A stretch of 64,000 bases of DNA, taken from contig NC_043015.1 of NCBI RefSeq assembly GCF_006345805.1, positions 25,792,001-25,856,000 of the forward strand, written 5' to 3'. Below the pieces are notes generated by a model. It was not told the origin of the DNA. It saw only the letters and a list, made by a program, of their open reading frames with translations, and did no database searches. Source of the DNA: Octopus sinensis (lineage: Eukaryota). This document shows positions 25,798 to 40,589 of this stretch, piece after piece. The stretch's first letter is position 1. Every line of letters begins with the position of its first letter. The translations under genes and the position numbers were made by a program.

Positions 25798-26240
25798 GAG
25801 TGAGAGAGCAGTGCATGTCATCAAAGTGACACTGGGGTAAAATATACGAAGCCCAATATACCCATCATGACTACCCGTCTGATAAGGGTACACCAGGCAC
25901 ATGCATCACAACCATATGTGCGCGACATGGTGATCTCATATCAAGATAAACAGCACATGACCTTGCAGGTGGGGCCCAGTTAGAATTTTCTTCAGGTTGA
26001 GTAGCCCATCCCGCTCAAAAGGTCCCTGAATAAGGGTTGTTTAAGGATGTTGAAAGAACCACCCATGTTTCCAGAGGTGAATTATTCAAACCCCAAAGAA
26101 TCCCTCTCAACACATGGCTATGATGCTCCCCCACTACTTCTGCTCGTGATCAGAGATGCACATATCGTCAGCCACTAAGGGACATGCTCAACTGGTTATG
26201 GTCAAACAACTGACAAGCAAATCTGTGGTATTGAGCAGAA

Positions 26241-26243
<3 letters not shown>
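25798..26243 (-). mobile_element. ~440-bp (AAT)n-tailed interspersed element, copy 3
   Basis: (ATT)n on both sides (25769-25797 and 26241-26289). Confidence 0.9.
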
Positions 26244-26290
<47 letters not shown>

Positions 26291-26490
26291 GGACTCCTTC
26301 CTGATCGCCAACTCACTTCTGCTTTCTTACCTCTTCATCTTGATATTTTCTTTATTATCCCGTACCTACACACCTATCCACCTACCTACATACCTACCTA
26401 CTCAACTACCTACCTTCGCGCCAACCTGCCTACCTACCTATGTATGTATGTATGTATGTATGTATGTATGTATGTATGTATGTATGTATG

Positions 26491-26523
<33 letters not shown>

Positions 26524-27649
26524 GTCTATATATCCATCTATCTACCTATCCACACACACACGCATACATACGCACGCACACATTTATACATCATCCACGT
26601 TATTCGATATTACGTTCTCTTTCTTCATGTATATAAGTCATGGTAGACAGACTCTACTACACGTACCAACAAATAAACTTCCATTCAATAAAACATTCAA
26701 ATAACACGATTATCTTCAAAGGGAAGTCCGCCGGTGTGTAAGATCTATTACCTATTAGCTGGCATTCTGGCTTTTATAACCAGCGTTCAGGTTCAAAACT
26801 CAATAAAAACTTCTTTAATTTTCGTTCTTAATTTTACAGTTTCACTTTGCCTTGCGTGTGGCGTCGATTTTAATCTTCAAAGCCATAATTTGGCGGAGTT
26901 ACGAAGTTGATACGTTTATTCCATTTCTTAACATTAGAAACGTTGTTAACGGGAAGACCGTCTAGAAATTTTAAGGACTTCATATTAAGCAAACAAAATT
27001 TATATGTGAACTCAATTCGTCGTTTCTCTTTGAATTCCTTAATTTCAATTTCAAATCTGTAATGTTGCTTTGAATCCTGAATTATGACGAAATCATTATG
27101 TCTCTTGTAATAACTGTAATCATTAGTCGGAACAATGAGACTCATAGATTTCTATTTCTTGAATCTTTATTCTCTTCAGCGCCGCTGAGGGCGCTACATC
27201 ATTTGCAGAATGTGGGGCATTGCCCAGACAAACTTAGCATTAGATAGAGAATTCATCCAAGGCTGGGACCACGTGCCAAATTCTCCCTCCACAATTCAGT
27301 CGCACAACACATAAATTCACTGCAATACAATTTCTTTTCCTGAATCCCAAAACAAATCAAAGTAAAAATATATCATCAGCTCGCTAAACGAAACCTGTAC
27401 AAATTTCTTCAAGGGAAACTAGATAAGCCCCCTATACGTGGGTACATCTCAGTCAACTCCCTACATGATTGGATCATGATACCACAAAACTTCGCTTAAA
27501 AATGACTGGCAGATCCTATCAAGTGGTGCTCTTAAGTTTGATATGGCCTGGGCTAATCTTTGGCCGAAACATATCTAAGTTATCTAAGTTATATGGTATT
27601 TCTGAACTTACCATTACGTATCTCTTACCTTTCACCTTTTTCAGTCATT

Positions 27650-27985
27650 GAATATTGAACGGCGGCCATGCGAGGGCACCTCATTGAAGAATTTTTCCAA
27701 CGAACTGACCACAGTGCATATTTTAAATCGGGTCCTTATTCTATCTTTCTCTTTTACCGAACCGATAATTTTCCAGGACGTAAACGAATCCACACTGGTT
27801 GTTAAACGGTGAGATACACCCCACCACACCCCAGCCCCCACACCATGGGCTACCATTACGAAGTTCACGCGCAAAGCATTAATTGAACCAGGGCTATAGG
27901 AGATACTTGCTTGCCCAAAGTGCCATATAGTTGGACTGAACCCGTATCCACGGAGTAACAAAGCGAGCACCCAAATCACATTCTT
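27650..27985 (-). mobile_element. tRNA-derived SINE
   Basis: Contains cttgcccaaagtgcc...ggactgaacccg as in copies at 35892-36055 and 62035-62370. Confidence 0.65.
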
Positions 27986-28459
27986 TTTACAATATTTCTC
28001 GTATAGATTGTTTCGAGTTAGCACAAGGTGTTTCTATTTTGTCAGCTACGAAGTCATGATTTTGGGAAAATTGGAATTGTGAAGTTCATTGTTTTATCAT
28101 AATTTCTACAGAGCTCCTCACCATTCTCATTGTATTTGTGTCTCTCTGCATCTGTGTGTGTGTGTCATTCTGCATCTGTGTGTGTGTGAATGTGTACGGA
28201 CACTCGAGTCTTTGTGTTTATTGCTCCACAGCTAGCAAACCGGTGTTGGTCCGATTACGTCTCCCGTTACTTACTGGTAATAAAAATTGCTGACCTTGTG
28301 CAAAATTAAGAATTATTATGAAATATTTTCATTTGACAAGACGGATCAGATTTAAAATATTATTCAATATTCCGAATTATTAATTCGAATTCTTTACCTT
28401 ACCTTCCTCTCAGTTGCTTCTGTATATTCTCCTTTTATCTTCTTGTATCTCCATTTGCC

Positions 28460-28484
28460 ATTTTGCTATGTGTGTGTGTGTGTG

Positions 28485-28532
<48 letters not shown>

Positions 28533-28833
28533 TGCGCGTGTGTGCATACTAAGAGAATATTTTTTACTCTCTCTTCCTTTGAAATGCTAAACTTGAAGAA
28601 TTTTGTCGCCAAGACACGCGAACCAAAGTTCTCACTCAATACTTTTCAGAAACTCATTTCACCAATTCCTGCGTAACAGAACCTTGGCGTTTAAGAGACA
28701 ATATATAAGAACAGAAGTAATGAAGGGGGGAAAATATGACTGTCGCAATGAACATGCACACACAAGCACACACACACACACGTGTACATATATATTTGTA
28801 TGCGTATGTATGTGTTTGTGCTTATATACATAC

Positions 28834-28891
<58 letters not shown>

Positions 28892-28893
28892 TA

Positions 28894-28965
<72 letters not shown>

Positions 28966-29294
28966 GTTTATGTATGTATGTATATTTGTATGTAATCTTG
29001 TATATATATATCAATCTATATCGCCTTTCTCTCTGTCTCTCTCTCTCTCTCTTCAACTCTCACTTTCTCTCTCCCTCTCTCTCTATATCTATGCATCTAC
29101 TTCTCTGTCTATATATATACATATATATTATATATGTATGTATATGTATGTATATATGAGCATTTCCATATGTTTATATATTTGTATGCATACTGCTGCG
29201 TATGTATATGCATATTTATAAATATATATGTAAACACGCACGTATGTGTATAGTGTGTATGGATGCTTATACACATTTTGATACATCTATGTAT

Positions 29295-29364
<70 letters not shown>

Positions 29365-29380
29365 GAGAGAGAGAGGAGAG

Positions 29381-29430
<50 letters not shown>
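28460..29430. repeat. (TG)n/(TA)n/(CT)n/(GA)n microsatellite cluster
   Basis: Direct reading. Confidence 0.95.
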
Positions 29431-29639
29431 GTATTTCTAGAAAATCTGCTGACGCATCTAATCTCTGCCAATATTCATTGAGGATACGTATGTAAGGTTG
29501 GCTTGCGACAGATGACTTTTGCATAAGTCTACGTGATAGGAAGCTGCAAATATCAGGGCAGATAGATTTACGCATAGCAATGAAATTCATACCGGATCGT
29601 AAATTTGTCGAGTCGCATTGGGCCTGACAGCAGAACTTA

Positions 29640-29960
29640 GTCTCACCACCACGGAAAGCAACACCGCCTGCAGCGCCGCCTGCTGTACCACTAGCAGTAC
29701 CGCCACCGACACCACCACCACAACAACAACAACAACGACAACAGCAACAACACCACCTCCACCACCACTACCATCACTACCACCACCACCAGCACGACCT
29801 GCTCAATCACAAACAATACCGCAGCCGCCACCACTGCGAAGGCCACTACAACCACTGCAACTACAGATACAATAACAGCTACTACTACTAGTGCTACTAA
29901 AACTGCTGCTGCTACTACTACTACTACTACTACTACGACGACGACGACGACGACGACTAC
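29640..29960. repeat. ACC/ACA/ACT/ACG trinucleotide tract
   Basis: Direct reading. Confidence 0.85.
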
Positions 29961-30278
29961 TATTAACGACAGGGGAAAAGTATTGATTTTGTGTTTTTCT
30001 TTCTTTTTCCTTGCCTTGTTTTCTATGCATCTCTCTCTAGTTCTAGTTTTTGGTATCGCTAAGTAAAATAAAATACTCCACATCAGAGTTTGACAGATAG
30101 GATTTTATTGGACATATCATTGCCTTTTAACCATGACCTTCTCTCACTCTCCCTGCCCCTCTTTACCCCCCCTCTCTCTCTCTCCTTCCGGTGGCCTCTG
30201 TAAGTCGCCATCACTTTACGGCTTCTTCCTATTTATGTATATGTATGTATATCTACTTATACATTTGTATGTGTGTGT

Positions 30279-30344
<66 letters not shown>

Positions 30345-30544
30345 TATACATACATACATTCATACATACATACATACATACTTACATACATATATGTATA
30401 TATTCCAGTCTTGATGACAACTGTCCGACGAATAGAAACGTTAAAATCAGAGTAACAGTTCTTTGTGATGCATTCAACGTATATTTGCCCTCATCTCGGA
30501 GAAATTTCGAACCTGGGTTCTCATTCCTAAGGTATTTTTTGATA

Positions 30545-32330
30545 TCATTATTATTATTGTTGTTGTTCAGGTCCATGCTTGGAATCGAAGGATATATTTG
30601 CGAAGTGTTGTATTACTCTTGAATACTGTCCTGATGTCATATAGGCTGCATATCTTTTGTATCTTTTCAGAGAGGCCTTTCGCATAGGGAAGACAGACTG
30701 TGGACAGTTTATTGGCCTCATCCTCTCTCTTCTTCATAATTAGAGGGAATATTATACTTTTGGGGTAGTTGTTGCTTAGCAGATCGTTATTGAGCTTGAT
30801 CATTTCTTGGTGGTGTGTATCACGATCACTACTTATTTTCTTTGCACGATGTTTTAGGCACTGAGCATTCCTCCTCTTTATAATGTATGGATGGTGGGAA
30901 TTGAGGTTGAGGTATCATCCAGTGAAGGTCGGCTTGCTGTATACGGATTTCCTGAATCCATACTTGGTGCATATTGTTAATACGTCCATGAATGCCAGCT
31001 GATTGTCTTTTTCTTTTTCCATTGTGAACAGTATGGATGGCTTTATTGAGTTCACATGATCTAACAGCACTTGGACATCTTCCTGGTGGAGCCCGAGTAT
31101 AAAGGTGTCATCAACCTATCGTAGCCATAGGGTTGGTTTTAGTGGTGTTGATCCTAAAGCCAAATTCTCAAAGTATTCCATGTATATATTGGCTATTACA
31201 GGTGATAATGGCGAACCCATAGCTAAACCCTCTTTTGTCGATATATATATTAGTGTCCATACTGAAATAGGTTGTTTTTACACAGAAGGTCAACATTTCC
31301 ATCAAGTTTCTTTTTGGTATACTAGTGCGTTCTTTTAGATGGGTATCTGTCACTTTTTTCTTGTATCACCGATAGTGCTTCACCGTTGGGATTTTGGTGA
31401 ACAGACTTATCACATCTAGACTCACCATCTCGTTGGATTCAATGAGGCTATCCTTGATCAATTCTGTGAAGTGGGTGGAATTCTTCATGTACGATGTTGA
31501 CTTTCCTGCTAATGGACTGATTATATCCACAAAGAAGCGGCTCAGTGGATGACATGTTGAACCTTTACAGCTCATTATAGGTCTTAATGAAATACCATGC
31601 TTGTGAATCTGAGGGAGACCGTATATGTGTGGTAGTTTACTGTTGTGTTGAGTCGGTTGTCTGTAAACTTCCTCTTTGTTTTCCGATTTGGGTCTTTCTT
31701 TTCTTTGCTTTAGCTACCATCACTTATGTGACTTGCCAATTTTTCAGAGTAGTGCGACTTGTTCATCACTACTGTAGCATTGCCCTCGTCCGTTGGAAGT
31801 ATCATGATGGAATTGTCACTCTGCAGTCTTCCTTAGTGATGTTTGATTTAGGAAGTTTTGCTTTTTCTAGTACCTGTCTCACTTTCCACCTTAGTTCATC
31901 TCCCTGAGCTTTTGGTATCTTTATGGCTATCTCTTCGATAGGGGTATGGAATGCGCTTGATGGTTGTCGCAAAGTTGAGATCTTTATTCAGAACTGCTTC
32001 TTCAGAGCTGTCTAGATGTCGGCTACTTATATTAATTACTGATTTCACAGGTGGGTGACGGATTTCAGTCTTCATTCTCTGACCTTTGAGTTTCATAAAC
32101 TTCTTAATCTGGCATGTCTTCACCATTTCAAATTCTTTCATGTACGACATTTCCAGATCTTGTTGGATTCTCGTTCTATCATCATTTCTCTTTGATTTCG
32201 TTTTTTAATCGATGTTTTTTTTTTTCAACGGTTGTAATGGATTCTCTCACGGACCACCTCCCCCTGTGGGATGGAACGATTCTGACACTTAATCTATCGT
32301 ATTTATTTGCCAAACCATTAAGTTACGTGT
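30545..32330 (-). mobile_element. Decayed Penelope-like element (RT region)
   Basis: KPPVKSVINISSRHL...LNKDLNFA, MVSLDVISLFTKIP, WLR.VDDTF, FTMEKEKDNQLAFMDVL, VYSKPTFTG.YLN..SHHP, CLPYAKGLSEKIQKIC; GIY-YIG not reached. Confidence 0.85.
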
Positions 32331-32570
32331 AGGCAAACACACACCGGTTGTCAAACGCTTTGACATACACAAATACAAAAACACACACAAACACAAACAC
32401 ACGCACACAAACGCACACACACGCGCACACACATACGATGGGATTCTTTCAGTTTCCGTTACATAGTCCACTCAAAAGGCTTTGGACGGCCCGAACCTAT
32501 AGTCAAAGACAAGTGTCAAGGTGCCATGCAATGGAACTGAAACCTGATCCATGTGATTGGGAAGCAAACA

Positions 32571-32580
<10 letters not shown>
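32330..32580 (-). mobile_element. tRNA-derived SINE with internal (CA)n
   Basis: ttctttcagtttccg...caaggtgccatgcaatggaactgaaacc family signature. Confidence 0.75.
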
Positions 32581-32629
<49 letters not shown>

Positions 32630-32643
32630 ATATATATATATAT

Positions 32644-33745
32644 ATATGTATGTTTGGGATGTCCGATGTAGCCTGGCCCATGATGTTGGTCTTCTTAAGG
32701 CTGATAGCTAAGCCAAAGTCGTTACATGCTTGCTCAAAACAGTTAATGAGCCTTTGGAGGGCTTCTTCTGTGTGTGTTACCAGAGCGGCATCATCAGCAA
32801 ATAACATCTCCTTGATCAGGACGTTTCTGATTTTGGTCTTGGCACGCAGGCGCGAGAGATTGAACAGTTTCCCGTCACTTCTACTGTGCAGAAACACTCC
32901 ATCATCTGATGTCTGAAAGGCATGTGAAAGTAAGAGTGAGAAGAAGATGCCAAACATACATATTGGAGACCACAGATTACAAGAGGTGGAGAAGTTTACT
33001 TATCTGGGCTCTACCGTCACCTACAACCTATCCCTTGACGCTGAGCTCAATATACGCATTGGCAAGGCAGCTGCTGCGATGGCCCAACTCTCCAAACGGG
33101 CATGGGACAACAATAAGCTGACCAAGACCACGAAAATGAAGATCTACCAGGCATGTGTACTCAGCACTCTACTGTATGGCAGCGAGACCTGGACGCTATA
33201 CACACGCCAAGAGCGTCGCCTAAACATCTTTCACCTGCGCTGCCTCCGAAAAATCCTCCGCATCAAAAGGCAGAATCATATCCCCAACAAAGATGTCCTC
33301 AGGCAAGCAGGAGTACCAAGCATGTTTGCACTCCTCACACAAAGACGTATGAGATGGCTTGGGCATGTTAGCCGTTACAGGGATGTTTGCAAAAGGGATA
33401 TGAAGGCCTGCAACATCAATATTAGCGGTTGGGAGGCAGTTGCCGGCAACCGTGGAGAATGGCGACGTACAGTAAAAGAGGGAATACAAAAGAGTGACAG
33501 AGAGAGAGAGGAGAAATGGAAAGAAAGGAAGAGACGTAAACAAGAGACTATGGTACTACAACCAGCCAGGAACAGTCTTCGCTACATTTGCGGTACCTGC
33601 CAGAGGGAGTGTTTGTCCAGGATAGGACTACACAACCACAGCAGGAAATGTATCAGGGCATGAAATATAAAAGCCGGACTAGACTACAAAAAAAAAAAAA
33701 AAAAAAAGAATGCGCAACTCCATTGTCTCCCGAGATGCCAATACA
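32644..33745 (+). mobile_element. RTE-clade LINE with inverted 5' segment
   Basis: Minus 32644-32956 encodes FGIFFS...EMLFADDAAL...ISLKKTNIMGQATSDIPNIH; plus 32950-33663 continues PNIHIGDHRLQEVEKFTYLGS...LLYGSETW...RWLGHV...CGTCQRECLSRIGLHNHSRKC; (TA)n on both sides. Confidence 0.92.
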
Positions 33746-33751
33746 AATATA

Positions 33752-33835
<84 letters not shown>

Positions 33836-35717
33836 TTTCTTTCCTATATATATAGATATACAAATATATATGGCGAAAAACCATTCATTCAAACATTATA
33901 TTAAAGAGAGCACTTTGTTCGAATTTAATTTTCTCGTATCGTTTTATGTATCCTTTATGTTTAAGTCTCACTTGCAAGTTTCCTACATTTCTGAATGTTT
34001 CAAGTTCATCTCGTCCATACCTTCTGCACGAAGTGATGATAGTGACACGTGGTTGCCGAAGCTGTAGCGAATAAAATATTCATTGATATTTAAAAGTGTG
34101 CAGCAGTTAACTCCTTTAAATACCATGTGTTGTATTGATTTCTGGCTTGCAGTTTACTGTTAATAAGCACACCAGCTAATCTAGATTTGTATAGATTGCT
34201 TAATGGATGGATGTGTTATCAACCAAAGCAATTTTCTAACTTATTTTATTACGTGTTTGCTGTTAGAATGTGCTGCAATGGCTCCTCGAAATGCACGGCT
34301 AATAGAAACAAAACTTGATAAATAAAAAAAGAAGTATACATGAGTCGAAAACACTAACATCCTCAATATAATTCCATGAAAATACTAGAAGATAAATTCT
34401 AGATGTTTTATTCCAAGCCAAACAAAAATCACAAAACCCAGTGCACGGATACATCGTACGTGTAATAAACTATAAAAATAAACTGAAATTAGACAATTTT
34501 AAAGTTCAGGAGGAAGATGTAACCGGTTACCACAACGTTTCTCATGATCACGTGATGCTTAATACAAGAGGGAGCATCGACACATGGCCCGCGTCACTCC
34601 ATTTAAAAAAGGTACCAATAACGGCTCGAAATAATAAAAAGAAAAGGCTCGAAATAATATTATTATTAATGTATTTTGGAACATCATTGTATCACGTCTT
34701 CATACACACACACACAACACACATGTTTATGTATGTATATATACAAACATACATACATATATATGCATACATACATCCATATATACACACAAACACATAC
34801 ATTTATATATATACATTCATAGATACATATGTAAGCAAAAATGTTCATGTGTGTGTGTTTGGCATGTTTATGACCGACTCTGTATCTATGTTTTACGTCG
34901 AGATTTTTTCGATAACGTTATTCTATGATTATGTTGTGTAACTTAATATTTCGATAAATAGTTATCAAACGTAAAGCATTAAAAAAATAATATAAGCAAG
35001 CATGTATATTAAATTAAAAACCGTGGAGGTGGTTAGCCATCGTAGGAACACTCCAGTAAGTAAAACATGGAAAATAGTGAAAAATAGTATTGAAAAACAT
35101 TAATGTGGTAGGCATTGTAGGAGCGTCTTTGATCGGCAAAAGCAATCTTCAAACGTCAGCAAGAACAACAAGAGTGGTTGGTCAAACACGTAGAGCTGCA
35201 ATATATACACGTGAGGTATTTAATCATCAACAGCAAATTCTGGTTTGGAATATAAATGTATAAAAAATCTTGTATGACAAAACGGATAATAGATATTTTG
35301 AGGGTGAATGGCGAGAATGAACGTTTTAAATCGGAATTGACATACGGATATACAAAGTACCGGACCGGAAACACCTTTTGTTCAGTAGCCAACAGTTGAC
35401 GTACAATAGCAAACGGAATAATTATTGTGTGGAGAGCTAAGATGGACGAAGCTAGATAAACGTAGCCGATATTGACATAGGAGAAAATTATACAAGTTTA
35501 CGGTAAGTGAAATGCATCTCACACAATAGAGAGTTCATGGAGAGAACATTTAACATGAAATAGAATTGCATATGTATACAAATGGATGTTTATATGTGTG
35601 CTTCAGTGGGTGCGTATGTATGCGCGTGTGTTTATGTGTATGCGTTGTGTATCTGAGTGAATGTGCGTGCATATATGAATATAATATTTCTATCTATCTA
35701 TCTATCTATCTATCTAC

Positions 35718-35778
<61 letters not shown>

Positions 35779-35804
35779 ACTGTATATATATATATATATA
35801 TATA

Positions 35805-35838
<34 letters not shown>

Positions 35839-35891
35839 ATATACATATATATATATACACACATATATATAAATATATATATATATATATA

Positions 35892-36055
35892 CGACGGGCT
35901 TCTTTCAGTTTCCGTCTACCAAATCCACTCACAAGGCTCTGGCCGGCCCGAGGCTACAGTAGAAGACACTTGCCCAAGGTGCCACGCAGTGGGACTGAAC
36001 CCGGAACCGTGTGCTTGGCAAGCAAGCTACTTACCACATAACCACTCTTGCGCCT
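35892..36055 (-). mobile_element. tRNA-derived SINE 5' half
   Basis: gggcttctttcagtttccgtctaccaaatccactcacaagg...cttgcccaaggtgccacgcagtgggactgaacccgg. Confidence 0.85.
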
Positions 36056-36232
36056 TAGAAGAAATAGCTATAACCCTTTAACTGCTATTTCTAAATTCGG
36101 TATGTGGTAAGGCAACTCGTTGCTAAACCCTTATTGCTTAGTATATATATATACATATATTTATACATACATATATATATGTATACATAGCATACATACA
36201 TACATACATACATATATTATATATATATAATA

Positions 36233-36263
<31 letters not shown>

Positions 36264-39016
36264 CTAGCAGAATTGCCCGGCGATGCTCGGGGCTGAATTG
36301 CTTGAAAGTACTGTTAATGATTGCACTGAATTATGATGATTATTCAGGCAAATACTGATATAAGTTTACGGTGGGAGATAAGGACTTAACGATCAAACGT
36401 GTACCATTGCATTGTTTTGGGGGAACCAAATTTCTGATGAGCATTATAGGAGCACCAACTTTAAGTTTGAGAATGTGTGGTGGTAGTCCGGGGTGCTCAA
36501 AGGAATTGAGTACCTCTATTGGATAGTTGATGACGTCCTCTGGGTCAGGAGTTGTATCGATAGACTTATATACATAAACTTCCCCAGGAATGAGTTTTAG
36601 CATTTCATCATTAATATGGTGAACAGTTTTATTCTTCGGGGCCAGAATAGCCCTTTGGCCAATCCAATCCATATTCTGATAATTAGCTTGTAGATCTGGG
36701 AACACTGCAATATCTGAGATCAGAAGGCGTTTTAACAATGGTACAAATGGAATCGATGGCAATATTACCATTTTCATCCCCTGGTATTTTGCCTTCGCCA
36801 AGTGCAAGGAGGGTGTGAGGAAATGCTGCTGATGTGATATTAAGTCGCATATGAGCACGCATATTGGTGTGAAGTTGAGAGTCTTCACCAGTGGCCACAA
36901 TGTGGATGACTTAAGACAGGCACTTACTGCATCAGCTGTAGTCGCTTTGGGAATAACGGGAAGTGTTTGTCGGAAGTCCCCTGAAAGAAGAAGTGTTATG
37001 CCTCCCATGTGAGCTGAAGAGTGTTTGATGTCTCTGAGAGATCTATCTAGTGCCTCAAGAGCATGTCTGTGGGCCATCGTGCATTCATCCCAAACGATAA
37101 GCTTGCATCGTCTGAAGACTTCTGCCTGATCGGAGCTGTTACTGATGTTGCAAGTTGGTGTCTCAGTCTTCGCTAAGTGAAGCGGAAGCTTGACGTGGAG
37201 TGAGCTGTCCTGCCGCCTGGCAACAAAGTAGCCGCAATTCTAGATGATTCCACAGCTAGGGCAATGCCTTGTGTTCGCCTAATCTCAGCCAATATTAATT
37301 TGTTGACAAAAGTTTTCCCAGTGCCCCCAGGAGCGTCCAGGAAAAAAATCCTCCCAGTTTTGGCCCTGACTGAATTAACAACGGAGTTGTAAGCGAACTT
37401 GTGTTCTGGAAGGAGCTTTGGCTCATTGTCGGCTATGTACTCGGCAAGCTCATCAACATTAAAACATGTCTCACGCAGCAAATGTGAAGACAGAGTGTTT
37501 GTGCCTTCCCGGTTTGTTAAAGGTAGGCCATAGACCGGCAAGGCACTACTGCCCATATCAAGTACAGTATCTTCGAACGTAGTTTGTTACCACACAGCCA
37601 CACCTGCCCCTATGTATGTGTGTGTGTGCGTGTGTGTGTGTATGGGTAGATATATTATGCATGTATATATGTGTATATATATATGTGTACATATAACATG
37701 TACATCTATATATATATATATATATTATATATATATATATATATACATCTACACTATAAATACAAAATACAAAGTTATATCTTGATATCGCTAGTGATAA
37801 CAATACTCAAAATATATAACAGACTGGAATTGTAGGCTCGTCTCTTGCAATTTCGATCAATTGGATCTTGTATAGAAGTGTACGGCTGCAGCGAAATTCA
37901 TTTTTGGACTTTCTTCTATCGAAGGCATTTTAACAAAAATGCTTCCGTAAAGACGGTGAAAATATTGTCAGTTTCCCCAAACAGGGACACAATTCAATTT
38001 TGAAACAATAACCAAAGCCCCTTCTCCGAAAGGGGGAGGGTTACGGTTTACAATTATTTAACAAATACAACACAACAACGTTTCCTTGGCGAGGAACCAA
38101 CAAACGTGATTACAATAGTCAAACAGTAATAATAATAACAACAAACCTTTTTAATTTATCCTCATTTATGTGAAACCACTTATTCAAGTTCAAGTCATTG
38201 ATGCAATTGTATACGAATTGCTAATACACACACACACATAATAAGGGTGAAAAATTGAATATTAATTTGATTAATATGAATTGAAAACCAGTGGTGTAGC
38301 ATAGGGGATCTTCTTCTTCTAGCAAAAAGGATGAGCAATCTGAATGGCTCATCCCTGTCTGACACACACACACACACACACACACGTTAGCTTACAATTT
38401 TCTTTCAACAACTGACACTGTCGTATATATTTGCGTGTCTATGTGTGTAAAGAGGAAGTGGGAATAATAGGCAGAGTAAAGGCTTTAAAGTGAAAGAGTG
38501 AAATGGTAAAATATTGAGTTTTCTCGAATTTTTTCTTAATTGGTGGTCAAATTGAAAGAAATTTTGTATGGCATGACCGAATGGAAGTACTTGGAAAAAT
38601 CATAGGTAAACTCTAATTGAAGAAATTGTGTGAGGAGTAAATCATTATATATTTATTTGTTTCTGTTTGTTGTGTATTTTTTTTTTGAGTAGTGGTTTAA
38701 GGTACACTTGCAAACAGAAAGTAGGAGAAATTAGGGTGATAGCATGATTGCAGAGTTGCAAAGAGAAAGTAGCACAAAGTGTGGTGGTAATGGCATGAGT
38801 GAAGCAGTTAAAATGAAAGAGGGAAATCTAAAAATATTGAGTTTTCTCGAATTTTTGCTTAATTGGGGGTGAAATTGGAAAAACTGTACCTGCCACGACC
38901 CGATGGATTCTACTCGTAAAAATGATAGGTAAATTCTAATTGAAGAAATTCTATATTGTAGATTTGTATAATAAACAAACGGTTTGGGAGGCAGATAAAA
39001 TCTGCCTTTTATCATA

Positions 39017-39019
<3 letters not shown>
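36264..39019 (-). mobile_element. Internally deleted Helitron (termini possibly of one element)
   Basis: 3' end on minus: hairpin cccgagcatcgccggg then CTAG|T at 36264; candidate 5' end A|TCTTATGATAAAA at 39019; both in (TA)n; PIF1 remnant inside. Confidence 0.65.
36340..37556 (-). pseudogene. Helitron PIF1-family helicase remnant
   Basis: FFLDAPGGTGKTF (Walker A), AATLLPGGRTAHS, WDECTM, GDFRQTLPV, LKLKVGAPIMLIRNL..CNGTRL; frameshifted and truncated at both ends. Confidence 0.92.
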
Positions 39020-39061
<42 letters not shown>

Positions 39062-39064
<3 letters not shown>

Positions 39065-39222
39065 CATGGCTGTGTGCTAAGTAGCTTGCTTATCAACCAT
39101 ATGGTTCGGGATTCAGTTCCACTGCGTGGCACCGTTGCACCTTCTACTATAGCCTGGGGCCGATCAAATTCTTGGGAGTGGATTTGGTAGACGGAAACTG
39201 AAAGGAGCCCGTCATATATATA

Positions 39223-39277
<55 letters not shown>

Positions 39278-39460
39278 ATATATGTGTGTGTGTTTATGTT
39301 TGTGTGTCTGTGTTTGTCTCCCAGCATTATGGCTTGACAACAGATGTTGGTGTGTTTACGTTGCCGTAAGTTAGCAGTTAACCAAATGAGACCGATGGAA
39401 TAAGCACTAGGCTTACAAAAGAATAAGTCCTGGGCTCGATTTGTTCGACTACAGGATATT
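39062..39460 (+). mobile_element. tRNA-derived SINE with internal (TA)n(TG)n
   Basis: Head ...ggattcagttccactgcgtggcacc...ggtagacggaaactgaaaggagcccgtc, microsatellite, then ggtgtgtttacgttgccgtaagttagc tail. Confidence 0.85.
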
Positions 39461-39659
39461 AGATTACCGATATTAGATTATTGGTTGGTTTCTTACCTTA
39501 TAAATTAAAATTAATATTTAACATTATAATCGATTTTTATATAATCATAATTATTAAGTTTTAAGTTTCTAGTTTGATAATAGAGTTTATTATAAGTAAA
39601 ATTATTATATTATTTATATCTTAAAATATTGTTTAAATATTTCTGATTATTTTTAAAAT

Positions 39660-40465
<806 letters not shown>

Positions 40466-40589
40466 GTACACACGAGGTTACATTTTGAAAGACCAGAAGG
40501 AGAAAGGGTGAAGAAAGATGTTTTCAAAGACAGAAGAGTTTTCAAAGACAGAAGAGTAGTATGGTAAAAGACAGCGGAATGTAGGAGGG

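Noticed and set aside
26870-27145. 91-aa ORF as host exon or Gypsy RT start
   Set aside because: Faint resemblance only (VKKWNKRINF); no motif strong enough to call.
30406-30450. Hammerhead-like TTGATGA...GAAACGTT; similar GTGATGA...GAAG relic at 34031-34070
   Set aside because: Core mutated and stems not pairable; suggestive of PLE ends only.
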